From an uncultured Collinsella sp. (GTDB taxonomy: Bacteria; Actinomycetota; Coriobacteriia; Coriobacteriales; Coriobacteriaceae): a stretch of DNA of 64,000 nt. Numbering within the stretch: position 1 is the first letter of the stretch; each line of letters opens with the position of its first letter. The DNA lies in assembly GCA_958437935.1 (NCBI GenBank), contig CAUBPS010000008.1, forward strand, positions 24,754 to 88,753, read 5' to 3'. Below the pieces are notes generated by a model. That model was not told the DNA's origin and ran no database searches. It saw nothing but the letters and a program-made list of their open reading frames with translations. The translations under genes were made by a program, and so were the position numbers. Below, piece after piece: positions 1 through 9,359 of the stretch.

Positions 1-102
1 CGAATGCGATATACGCGGCACCACGTTGCACATGTCCGAAATACAGATGCGCCCGGACAAAACCCCTGAAGAGCTGGGGATCCTAAGCCCGGCGAGCGAC
101 TC

Positions 103-375
103 TCAACAGTAGAACGATAGCCCGCCAGTTGTTTCTTTCCAACGTTTGCAAATCAGCGCATGGTTAGATGAAACAAACTGCATGATATCGCGTAAATCCC
201 GAGCAGGAATATCGCCCTTGTTATGGGCCAGCTTGCATCCGCCGGAGCGGGTAAGCCATATCTTGGTTGCCTCGGCAGTGGGGCGCTTGACCGCAACGTG
301 AACATGGACAGGTTCGCCGTTCTCCCCCGTCCAGAAGAAGATGATGTACGGCCCGAGTCGAAACAGGCTAGGCAT
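103..375 (-). CDS. DUF4160-family small protein (putative toxin/antitoxin component)
   Basis: Restarted at ATG 375 (MPSLFRLGPYIIFFWTGENGEPVHVHV...ATKIWL); the F-W...E-P-x-H-V-H pattern resembles DUF4160; start overlaps the upstream gene's stop. Confidence 0.7.
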   Translation of the reverse strand: MPSLFRLGPYIIFFWTGENGEPVHVHVAVKRPTAEATKIWLTRSGGCKLAHNKGDIPARDLRDIMQFVSSNHALICKRWKETTGGLSFYC

Positions 376-628
376 AGACTCGTCCGCCTTCGTAGGCAAA
401 ACGCAGGATGAGCGGGGCATTGTTACGCACGAAATCATCGAGTTCTTTGAGGTCCGCTTCGCTAAAGCCCTCGTGTGACACCCAATTGAATGCCGGCAAG
501 ATACACTCCGCCGTGTCAAAACCCCAATCGCGCGGGCGCTCCACAACAACCTTCACCGTGTTGTCCTCCCGGACTTCGGAATACGAAACCTGCGTATCGT
601 CCTCAAGGCGGACATATTCCCACATCAT
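368..628 (-). CDS. Hypothetical 86-aa acidic protein, partner of the DUF4160 gene
   Basis: Clean ORF with GGAG-like RBS upstream; overlaps the next gene by 8 nt. Confidence 0.65.
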   Translation of the reverse strand: MMWEYVRLEDDTQVSYSEVREDNTVKVVVERPRDWGFDTAECILPAFNWVSHEGFSEADLKELDDFVRNNAPLILRFAYEGGRVYA

Positions 629-682
629 AAGCTCGCTCCGTTCAAAGGGTTCTCTTCTTGAGCAGTATACCCGCCTGCGCAG

Positions 683-3148
683 CTACTCCACCGGTTTGAA
701 GATGGTGGCCTGACCGAAGACGCTGCGGATGAGGTCTTTGGCCTCGTCCTCGGTCTGCGGGATGCTTGGGGCTGCGCCCTGATGGCCGAAGGGGCTGCCC
801 GCACCAGGGTTGGACTCCCAGGGAGCTGCAGGAGCGTCCTCCTCTTTGGGGGCAGTTACAGCGGACTTGGGCGCGGGCGTCGCACCCGGCACGTCGAACG
901 GAGGCAGATCGTCCCCGCTCGCATCGCCAGCGAAGCCGCCGACCATAGCGTCGTCGTAGGGCACCTGCTCGGATTCCCACGGTGCAGACTGCGCAGACGG
1001 CTGAGCCTTGGGAGCGGACGCGCGCTCGGGCGCTCGGGGTGCGGGCTCGGTCGGGAGCTTGCCCGTGGCAGGAGCGCCAGCGGGGTTGTCGGAGCGCAGC
1101 CAGGGGGCTTTGCCCAGGTCGGATGACTTGGGCGCAGGCGCGGCGGCGGGCTTGGGCGCGGGGACCGGAGCAGCTTGTTTGGGCGCAGCGGGTTCAGGCA
1201 CCGACGGGGTCGATGCCGCTACCGGTGCCGCTTTTGGCTGCGGCGCGCTGGCGCTTGAGGATACAGGGGCCGCCGAGGACACGGGTTGCGGGTCCGCAGA
1301 TGCCGCAGCCCGTGCAGATGGAGAATGCTCCTCATGTTGAGGAGCCGGCGTGCCACCTCCATCCAGGACGTAGTCGACGGTGCGACGACCGAAGACCGCG
1401 CAGACCGTCGGCAGGACCACCGACTGCGTATCGGCGCGACCGAGCATCTTGATGGCAAAAGTCGAACCCGCGGGGAACGAGACCGTGAGCTTGGAGCCGT
1501 CGTCGGCCGTGGCGCGAGCGTTGAGCAAAAGCCCTGCGTAGGAAGCCTGACGCGCCTTGACACGCTCGACAACCTCGGCCCATTTGCGCTGCAGCTCTCC
1601 GGCATCCTCGACCGCGGGCGTCTCGGCAGCACCGGCGGCAGCAACCTGAGCGGCAGTGTTGGGCTGGGGCTTAGGTGCCGGCACGGCGGCAGGTGCGGGA
1701 GCCGGGGCAGCGGCGGGCTGGGGCGCGGACGCCGCAGGCTTGGACGCCGGTGCGGACGCAGCACGAGACGCCGGCTGGGCCGCCGGAGCGGCAGCACCAC
1801 GGTCCCAAGGCATACCGCCCTGGCGCGCGGACGTATCAGCGGGGGCAGCGGATGCCGCCGGAGCAGCAGCACGGACGCCCGAAATTAGCGTCGGCTGCTG
1901 GGCGGCAGCGGGTACGGATGCTGCAGGCGCGGCGGCCTGAGCAGCAGCCACGCTCGCCGGCACCGCGGCATTGGCAACCATGGCCTCCAGGCGTGCCACG
2001 CGCTCGGCCAATGCCTCAATCGTTATATCAGCCTCGGGACGTGCCAGGCGCGTGCAGGCGATCTCGAGCACCAGGCGCACATCGCTCGCGCCCCTCATCT
2101 CCAGTGCGGCATCGTCGAGCACTGTCAGCACACGGGCCAGGCGGTCGGCAGGATGCTCGCCAAAGGCAGCGGCCTCGGCAGCAAGCGCCTCGGCCTGCTC
2201 GGAGCCGCCCTCAAACAGCTCGGCACGGGCACCGGCAACGCAGGCAACGTACACGTCACGCACATGCGCCACCAGGTCGCGCGTCAGCTCCAGCAGGTCG
2301 TTTCCTTCCTCGACCTGCGCACGGATCAGTCCATAGAGCTCGGCAACATCGCGATCGGCAATGGCGCGGGAAAACTCGCCCAGAATCTGGTCCGAAACCT
2401 CGCCTAAAAGCGAGCGGGCGTCGTCCGCATGCACAGAACCGTTGCCAAAGACGCTCAGCTGCTCCAGCGTGGACAACGCGTCGCGCATGCCGCCCTTGGC
2501 ATGGCGCGCCACGATGGCCAGCGCCTCGTCGTCGTAATCGAAGCCCTCCTGCTCGCACACGTATGCCAGGCGATGCTCAATATCCTCATTGCCGATGCGA
2601 TGGAAATCGAAACGCTGGCAGCGCGAGAGGATGGTCTCCAGAATCTTTTGCGGGTCGGTGGTGCACAGCACAAAGATCACGTGTGCCGGCGGCTCCTCGA
2701 GCGTCTTGAGCAGCGCGTTGAACGCCGCCGTCGTGAGCATGTGAACCTCGTCGATGATATAGATCTTGTACTTGCCGCGCACCGGGGCAAAGTTGACGGA
2801 GTTGATGATTTCCTCGCGCACGTTGTCCACGCCCGTGCGGCTTGCGGCATCGAGCTCGTAGACATCGGGGTGGTTGCCCTCGGCAATGAGCTCGCACTCC
2901 TCGCAGGTGCCGTCGGGCATGCAGCCGCTCGCACCCTCGGCGCGCGCCGTCTCGGCATTGCGGCACAGCAGCGCCTTGGCAAGGATGCGCGCCATGGTGG
3001 TCTTGCCCGTGCCGCGCGGTCCGCAGAACAGGTAGGCGTGGGACAGGCGTCCCTCGGTGATAGCGTGCTCGAGCGTCGAGACGATATGCTGCTGGCCCAC
3101 CACGGAGTCGAAGGTGAGCGGGCGATACTTTCGGTACAACGATTCCAT
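683..3148 (-). CDS. dnaX: DNA polymerase III subunit gamma/tau
   Basis: LYRKYRP, Walker A GPRGTGKT, IIDEVH, SRC motif; Ala/Pro-rich linkers; start moved to ATG 3148. Confidence 0.95.
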   Translation of the reverse strand: MESLYRKYRPLTFDSVVGQQHIVSTLEHAITEGRLSHAYLFCGPRGTGKTTMARILAKALLCRNAETARAEGASGCMPDGTCEECELIAEGNHPDVYELDAASRTGVDNVREEIINSVNFAPVRGKYKIYIIDEVHMLTTAAFNALLKTLEEPPAHVIFVLCTTDPQKILETILSRCQRFDFHRIGNEDIEHRLAYVCEQEGFDYDDEALAIVARHAKGGMRDALSTLEQLSVFGNGSVHADDARSLLGEVSDQILGEFSRAIADRDVAELYGLIRAQVEEGNDLLELTRDLVAHVRDVYVACVAGARAELFEGGSEQAEALAAEAAAFGEHPADRLARVLTVLDDAALEMRGASDVRLVLEIACTRLARPEADITIEALAERVARLEAMVANAAVPASVAAAQAAAPAASVPAAAQQPTLISGVRAAAPAASAAPADTSARQGGMPWDRGAAAPAAQPASRAASAPASKPAASAPQPAAAPAPAPAAVPAPKPQPNTAAQVAAAGAAETPAVEDAGELQRKWAEVVERVKARQASYAGLLLNARATADDGSKLTVSFPAGSTFAIKMLGRADTQSVVLPTVCAVFGRRTVDYVLDGGGTPAPQHEEHSPSARAAASADPQPVSSAAPVSSSASAPQPKAAPVAASTPSVPEPAAPKQAAPVPAPKPAAAPAPKSSDLGKAPWLRSDNPAGAPATGKLPTEPAPRAPERASAPKAQPSAQSAPWESEQVPYDDAMVGGFAGDASGDDLPPFDVPGATPAPKSAVTAPKEEDAPAAPWESNPGAGSPFGHQGAAPSIPQTEDEAKDLIRSVFGQATIFKPVE

Positions 3149-3264
3149 GGGTGCTCCCCCGGGTATACTGAGTCTTGTTGCCGCGGCGGCCATGCGGTCG
3201 CACGGCATACTGCATTCCATAATAACCCGTACGGCGAGCCCGCCGCGATAGGAGTCCAAAGAGC

Positions 3265-3981
3265 ATGGCAGACGCAGAGAGCAACCTCGTTCCCTCCGAA
3301 GCAGCCGACCAGGTCGAGGTCGCGCTCGAGGCGCAGGCCGCGGCCGATGACGGCATTATGTACCTCAACGAGTATCAGTACGAAAACGACCTCGTCACCG
3401 ACTTCGCCCGCCTGGTCGCCTCGCCCAGGCGTCGCGGCTCGCTGTATGTCGCCGCGGCAATTGCCGCGCTGCTCGGCATCGGCATGCTGGTGGCCGGCGG
3501 CAGCTGGATCAAGTTTGGCGTCGTCTTGATCGTATTCGGCGCCTTTTTGGCCTGGTGGAGCAAAAACCTTCACCACACGCTCGCCCGCGACTTTATCGAT
3601 GCCGTCGAGGCCGACAAGTCCATGGGCGGCCGCTACCGCCGCGTCGCCGCCAACGAGAACGGTCTGATGGTATGGGGCAAGAGCGGCAAGTCGCAGTTCT
3701 TCCCGTTTGAAAAGCTCGACCACGTGCTCGACGGCGAGCGCATCTTTGTGGCCATGTTCGCCGACCAGGGCGTGACGATCCCTAAGGACACCTTTGTCCG
3801 CGGTGATGCCGAGCAGTTCGGTCCCTTCCTTAAGGCGCGCATCAACAAAAAACTCCGCATCGAGACCAAGAAGAAGAAAATGAAGGCCGAGAAGGCCGCC
3901 GCCGAGGCCAAGCAGGGCGACAAGCCCCAGGAGACCAAAGGCAAGCAGCGCAAGCAGAAGAAGAACAGGAAGAAGCGCTAA
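3265..3981 (+). CDS. YcxB-like membrane protein
   Basis: Two TM helices, then a small beta domain ending TIPKDTF; Lys-rich tail; AGGAG RBS. Confidence 0.6.
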   Translation: MADAESNLVPSEAADQVEVALEAQAAADDGIMYLNEYQYENDLVTDFARLVASPRRRGSLYVAAAIAALLGIGMLVAGGSWIKFGVVLIVFGAFLAWWSKNLHHTLARDFIDAVEADKSMGGRYRRVAANENGLMVWGKSGKSQFFPFEKLDHVLDGERIFVAMFADQGVTIPKDTFVRGDAEQFGPFLKARINKKLRIETKKKKMKAEKAAAEAKQGDKPQETKGKQRKQKKNRKKR

Positions 3982-4125
3982 GGCCAAACCAGACAGGCAG
4001 CCTCGCATCCCGCTATCCTCCCCATGCACCCGAGCGTGCTACACTAGCAGCATCTATGCCACCGCGAACGGCTCGGCTCCGCGCCCGCCACTCGCAAACG
4101 AACTTTAAACGCACGAGGGTTGGCC

Positions 4126-5979
4126 ATGCCGCTTTTCTCGCAACATACCGCCCGGTTCTCGCCGGACGTTCCTTTGGAGGGCACCAGCTCTCGCGAGCTG
4201 CTCAAGCGGTACCAGCCGCTCGAGACACTTGCGACCGGCGGTTTTGGCTCCATCGAGATCTGCCGCGACACGCACCTGCGCCGCCGCGTCGCCATTAAGC
4301 GCATCCCCCTTATCAACGGCGCCGGCATGCCCGCCAGCGACATCATGGATGTCCTGCGCGAGGCGCACACTGCCGCCATGCTTCAACATCCCAATATCGT
4401 GCAGGTCATCGACTTTACGCACGACACCGCCTATGCCTACTTGGTCATGGAGTATGTCGACGGTATGTCGTTGGCCGAGTTTTTGCATCGCGTGGACGGC
4501 CACTCGCTCACCTTTGACGAGGCCGCAGCCATTGCCGATGCCCTGGGTCAGGCGCTCGCCTTCGCCCATAGCAATGGCGTACTCCACCTGGACATTAAGC
4601 CCGCCAACGTGCTCATCGACCACTCGGGCAATGTAAAGCTCACCGACTTTGGCATGGCGCGACTGTCGTCCGCCGGTGGCTTTGGCGGCTCGCGCGGCGG
4701 CACCATCGGCTACATGCCGCCCGAGCAGCTCGATATCGAGACCGGCACGGTCGACGAACGCGCCGATGTCTTTGCCCTTGCCTGCGTTATCTATGAGGGC
4801 TTGTGCGGCAGCGCTCCCTTTATGGCGGCCACGCCCGCCGACTCGCTCGACCGCATCATCGGCGGCGCCACCTATCCCAGCGAGCTGATACCACACTTTC
4901 CCCCGGGAGCCGAGGCCGCGCTCATGAGCGCGCTCTCCCCCATGCCGCAGGACCGCCCCAACAGCATCGAGGCATTTTGCGACCAACTCCTTGCCGGTCT
5001 GGGCAGCGTGCGCGAGGGCCGTCGCAGTCTGGAGCAAATGGTTGGCGAGCTTTCGGATGACGAGCAGGAACTCAACGATATCGAGCCGTCGCACTACGAG
5101 GACGACGCCATCGAGGTCGACCCCGCGCTCGGCTGGGCGGGCACGCGCTGGAGCCATGCGCGCGACTACACCATGCGCGCTATCTCGGCGCTAACGTGCG
5201 GCACCTTTAGCTTTTTGCTGATGCAAACGGCCGGGGTCGCGGCGCTTCCCGGCCTGGTCATTGCGGCCATCGCGATCGGAGCGGCGGCTGGCTTGGCACC
5301 GCAGATTGGCTCGGCCATCTCGGCCGTGGGCTTTTTGGTACTCATGGCAAACGCCACCATGCAGGCGCAGGGCATCCTGTCGATGTTGCCCGTCGCGGTG
5401 ATCTTTGCCGCTGCCATGTCCGGTTGGTGGATCGCCTGGGGTCGCACCGAGGCTGCCGCGAGCGCCGCGCTCACCTGTGCACTCGCGCTTGGCTGTCTGA
5501 CTGGCAATACCTTCCTGGCAGCTGGGGTCGCCGCCGGCGTCGCGTCATTTTGGCTCGGCCCGGCAAGCGCCGCCGCGGCAACGGGCATGGGCGTGCTTTT
5601 TGCCCGTCTGGCCACGGTCGCACTTTCAGCCGGAGGCGTGCTGGGGCTCGGTAACGTTGCCGCAGCGCTGGAAGACCCGCTCCTTTGGGCTGCCTTTGTG
5701 CTGGTCGCGACAACTGCCGCGGCGTCATCTGCGCTGCTCAATGCCCATGCCAAGCGTGCCGACCAGGGCTCAAACCTTGCCGCAATCGCCGCCATCGCCG
5801 TCACCGGCATCGGCTGCGCAGCGGCATCCTGTCTTGCACACCATATGGAAATTGCCAGCCTTGCAGCCGCGGTCGCCGCCAAGGCGGCAGTTGCGGGAAC
5901 CCTATCCTCTATAATCGTTGGGATATGCCTATATTTGCTCGGATACCAAAGAACCTATACGGAGAGTGATCTTTCGTGA
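4126..5979 (+). CDS. Hanks-type Ser/Thr protein kinase with polytopic membrane C-terminus
   Basis: TGGFG, VAIK, HLDIKPAN, DFG, GTIGYMPPE; C-terminal half has many hydrophobic helices. Confidence 0.9.
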   Translation: MPLFSQHTARFSPDVPLEGTSSRELLKRYQPLETLATGGFGSIEICRDTHLRRRVAIKRIPLINGAGMPASDIMDVLREAHTAAMLQHPNIVQVIDFTHDTAYAYLVMEYVDGMSLAEFLHRVDGHSLTFDEAAAIADALGQALAFAHSNGVLHLDIKPANVLIDHSGNVKLTDFGMARLSSAGGFGGSRGGTIGYMPPEQLDIETGTVDERADVFALACVIYEGLCGSAPFMAATPADSLDRIIGGATYPSELIPHFPPGAEAALMSALSPMPQDRPNSIEAFCDQLLAGLGSVREGRRSLEQMVGELSDDEQELNDIEPSHYEDDAIEVDPALGWAGTRWSHARDYTMRAISALTCGTFSFLLMQTAGVAALPGLVIAAIAIGAAAGLAPQIGSAISAVGFLVLMANATMQAQGILSMLPVAVIFAAAMSGWWIAWGRTEAAASAALTCALALGCLTGNTFLAAGVAAGVASFWLGPASAAAATGMGVLFARLATVALSAGGVLGLGNVAAALEDPLLWAAFVLVATTAAASSALLNAHAKRADQGSNLAAIAAIAVTGIGCAAASCLAHHMEIASLAAAVAAKAAVAGTLSSIIVGICLYLLGYQRTYTESDLS

Positions 5980-6989
5980 ACTTCCTGAACATCTTCGAGG
6001 ACCACGTGGCCGGCATCTTCGGTGCCACCCGTGCCCCGTTCTCCTTTAAGAAGCTTGCCAAGCAGGCCGCTCGCGACATGGAGGATCAGACTCTGGTGAT
6101 TAACGGCGTCAACACGGCGCCGGCACTCTATACCATCCTGATCGCCGCCGACGACGATCCCATGCTCGCCCCGTTCTACCCCGAGCTTTCGCGCGAGGTC
6201 CGCGAGTTTGTGAAGGCGCAGGCCGAAAAGCGCCGCTATGTCTTTGTCGGCGAGCCCCTCGTGCGCTTTATGATCGATCCGCAGCTGCGCGCCGGCAAGT
6301 TCTCGGTCTTTGCCGAGAACGTCGATGCCCCCACGCTCGGCCGCCTATACGAAGAAGAGCGCGCCTATCAAAACGGCCTGGGCCAGAACAACTCCGCGGC
6401 AAGCCGTGCCGCCAGCGCCCCGCGCGCCGGCCAGCAGCAGTTTGCTGCCCCGCAGCAGCAGCGCCCCGCCGCCATGCCCCAGCAGCAGCCGACGCCTCGC
6501 GCCGCCGCTCCCGACCCGCTTGCCGTGGCAGACCCCTTCGCGCCTAGCGTCCCCGACCCCGCCGCCGCACCCATCCCGGTGCCGCAGACCATCTCGCGCG
6601 ACGCGCTTGCCGGCATGGGCGGAGCCGCCGCGACCGGTGCCGCCGTGGGCCTAGGCGCCGCAACCGGCATCGCCTCCAACATGGCGAGCACTCGCGCCCC
6701 GCAGCGCCCGCTCGCCCAGCTCGTCGACGTCGTGAGCGGCGAGAGCCACAGCATCACTTCCGCGCAGGTGACCATCGGTCGCGAGCGCTCGGTTTCGGAC
6801 ATCGCCCTGCGCGACCCCAACGTGTCGCGCCGTCACGCCCAGCTCACCTTTACCGGTTCGGACTGGTCGATCGAGGACCTCAATTCCACCAACGGCACGC
6901 TCGTCAACAACCGCCGCATCACGCGCTGCCCGCTGCGCAACGGCGACCTGCTGACGTTTGGCCTGAGCACCTTTGAATTTAGGGGATAG
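5976..6989 (+). CDS. fhaA: FhaA-like protein (DUF3662 + FHA domain)
   Basis: C-terminal FHA motifs IGR, VSRRHA, DLNSTNGT; GTGA overlap with the kinase; operon context. Confidence 0.85.
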   Translation: MNFLNIFEDHVAGIFGATRAPFSFKKLAKQAARDMEDQTLVINGVNTAPALYTILIAADDDPMLAPFYPELSREVREFVKAQAEKRRYVFVGEPLVRFMIDPQLRAGKFSVFAENVDAPTLGRLYEEERAYQNGLGQNNSAASRAASAPRAGQQQFAAPQQQRPAAMPQQQPTPRAAAPDPLAVADPFAPSVPDPAAAPIPVPQTISRDALAGMGGAAATGAAVGLGAATGIASNMASTRAPQRPLAQLVDVVSGESHSITSAQVTIGRERSVSDIALRDPNVSRRHAQLTFTGSDWSIEDLNSTNGTLVNNRRITRCPLRNGDLLTFGLSTFEFRG

Positions 6990-6995
6990 TCGCTT

Positions 6996-7412
6996 ATGAA
7001 CATCGATATCGTCCTTTTTGCAGGCCGCATCGTCCTGGTCGCCCTGCTCTACATCTTCCTGTTCGCCGTCATGAAAACCGGTGTGGGACTCGTGCGCGGC
7101 CAGCGCCGCGACTCGGCTATCTGGACGATCGATGTGGACAAGGGTCCGCGCGGCATCCGTGGCATCCATGTGGACATGCTCGGCCCCGTCATCGTCGGCC
7201 GCTCGCCGTCCTCGGACATCTGCATCAACGAACCGTTTGTCTCGGCATCGCACGCGCGCTTTTCGCTGCAGGGCCCGGCACTCATCATCGAAGACCTCAA
7301 CTCGCTGAACGGCACGCTCGTTAACGGCCGCCAGCTGGTGGAGCCCGCAACGCTGCGCGAGGGCGACGAAGTCCAGATCGGCGATGTGGTCATGAAGGTG
7401 AACCGTCGATGA
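6996..7412 (+). CDS. Membrane-anchored FHA protein (FhaB/FipA-like)
   Basis: N-terminal TM; VGR, VSASHA, DLNSLNGT motifs. Confidence 0.85.
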   Translation: MNIDIVLFAGRIVLVALLYIFLFAVMKTGVGLVRGQRRDSAIWTIDVDKGPRGIRGIHVDMLGPVIVGRSPSSDICINEPFVSASHARFSLQGPALIIEDLNSLNGTLVNGRQLVEPATLREGDEVQIGDVVMKVNRR

Positions 7413-9343
7413 TCGACGAGGAGAACAAGTCCGCGACTATGACCGAGGCACCGGCTGCCGCCACAGCTGCGCCGGCCCACGCCGCTCCGGCGGGCTCCGC
7501 ACCCGTGGAACCCGAGGACACCGTGTTCTCCCTGCCTCTTTCGCATGTAACGCATGATATTTCGGATCTCGCCGATAACGAGGACGAAGAGGATGCCGTA
7601 GCGACGCCCATCGGCGCACATGCCGCGGAACAGCCCACAGCGCCCGAAGCAACCTCGGCGCCGGCTCACTTTGCAGAGCCCGTCGCCGCGGCAATTAACG
7701 AGAGCGCAGCGGTGTTTGCGGCACCCGAGCCCGCCGCGCCGGCGTTTCCCATAGCCCCGGCATCCGAGGTTGCGCCCGCGTCTACGCCGGCGCCCGAGGC
7801 AGGGCCATCCCCCGAGGACGGCCTTGCACCCAAGACCCCGCAGCCTGCGCCCGCAAGCGAGTCCGATGCCGTGGCCGAGCCCGCCGCCCAGTCGCAAAGC
7901 ATGCCCGCGCCGTCGCACTTTGCGACGCCCGAGCCTATAGACGTCAGCCCGCAAGACGACGAGTCGACCGCCCGCGTGTCCGAGGAGCCCGGCTCCCCGG
8001 ACACCGGCGATTCCGAATCAAACGCCGAGACCGACACCGTCTCTCCCGGTGACACAGCCGAGATCGACGTTGCCGCCGTTGAGGCCAAGCTCAAAGACCC
8101 CGGCTCGACCATGAGCTTTGAGCCCCTGACCGAAGAGCGCATCGAGACCGACTCGACCTATGATGCCGGCACCACCACGCAACTCATGTGGGGCGCCCGC
8201 TCCGACGTTGGCTGCGTACGCCCGCACAATGAGGATTCCTACCTGGTGCAGTCGCCGCTCTTTTGCGTATGCGACGGCATGGGCGGTCACGCCGCCGGCG
8301 AGGTAGCCTCTTCCATCGCCGTCGAGACTATTGCCAAGACGGCCCCGCAGTCCGCCGACGCAGCACGCCTGGCCGCAGCCGTCGAGGCAGCCAACGCCGC
8401 CGTAATCGAGGCGGCCCTGAACGGCCTGGGCAAGCCCGGCATGGGCTGCACAGCCACTTGCGCCTATATCGAAAACGACACGCTCGCCATCGCCCACGTG
8501 GGTGACTCTCGCGCCTACCTGCTCCACGAGGGCACGCTCATCCGCGTGACCCGCGACCACTCCTACGTGGAGGAGCTCGTGGATGCCGGCGAGATTACGG
8601 CCGACGAGGCCCGCGTCCACCCCAACCGCTCGGTCATCACCCGCGCGCTGGGCTCGGACCCCGCCATGTACGCCGACCACTTTACCCTGCATATCGAGGA
8701 AGGCGACCGTCTGATCCTGTGCTCCGACGGCCTTTCGAGCATGATTCCCGATAGCGATATCGAGAACATTGCCACGCAGTCCTCGACCGCGCAGATCTGC
8801 GTCGACAACCTGGTGGATGCCGCGCTTGCCGCCGGCGGCCACGACAACGTGACCGTAGTAGTCGTTGACCTGGTTGACGATGGCGTTATGCGCGAGGCGC
8901 AACGCGTGCGTCGCCGCAACATTACTATCGCCGCCATCCTGGCCCTCGTCTTTGTGCTGGCAGCTGGCATCTGGGCCTACACGGGTGTCACCGGCTCATA
9001 CTACCTGGGTACCTACCAGGGCAATGTCGCCGTCTGGCGCGGTCTGCCCGGCAAGCCGCTCGGACTCAAGCTCCACTGGCTCGAGAGCGAAACCAGCATT
9101 AAGCTGTCCGACCTGCCCGAAGACACGCAAAACCGCCTCAAGGCGGGCATTCCGCAAACAAGTATCGACGATGCGCAGGACACGATATCCAAGTACCGCC
9201 ACCAGATCGACGAGGAGCAGACCCGCCAGGTGATCGACGCGCAAACGATTCGCGACAACACCAATCAGGGATCGACCTCCGAATCAGATTCCGAGAAAAC
9301 CGCCGAACAGTCAGCCGAGGCCGAAGCCTCCGATAAGAACTAG
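7409..9343 (+). CDS. pstP: PP2C/Stp1-type Ser/Thr phosphatase (PstP-like) with long acidic N-terminal extension
   Basis: RPHNED, DGMGGH, GDSRAY, CSDGL, GGHDN motifs, then a TM helix and external tail. Confidence 0.9.
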   Translation: MIDEENKSATMTEAPAAATAAPAHAAPAGSAPVEPEDTVFSLPLSHVTHDISDLADNEDEEDAVATPIGAHAAEQPTAPEATSAPAHFAEPVAAAINESAAVFAAPEPAAPAFPIAPASEVAPASTPAPEAGPSPEDGLAPKTPQPAPASESDAVAEPAAQSQSMPAPSHFATPEPIDVSPQDDESTARVSEEPGSPDTGDSESNAETDTVSPGDTAEIDVAAVEAKLKDPGSTMSFEPLTEERIETDSTYDAGTTTQLMWGARSDVGCVRPHNEDSYLVQSPLFCVCDGMGGHAAGEVASSIAVETIAKTAPQSADAARLAAAVEAANAAVIEAALNGLGKPGMGCTATCAYIENDTLAIAHVGDSRAYLLHEGTLIRVTRDHSYVEELVDAGEITADEARVHPNRSVITRALGSDPAMYADHFTLHIEEGDRLILCSDGLSSMIPDSDIENIATQSSTAQICVDNLVDAALAAGGHDNVTVVVVDLVDDGVMREAQRVRRRNITIAAILALVFVLAAGIWAYTGVTGSYYLGTYQGNVAVWRGLPGKPLGLKLHWLESETSIKLSDLPEDTQNRLKAGIPQTSIDDAQDTISKYRHQIDEEQTRQVIDAQTIRDNTNQGSTSESDSEKTAEQSAEAEASDKN

Positions 9344-9359
9344 AAAGGGAGTGCCGCTT

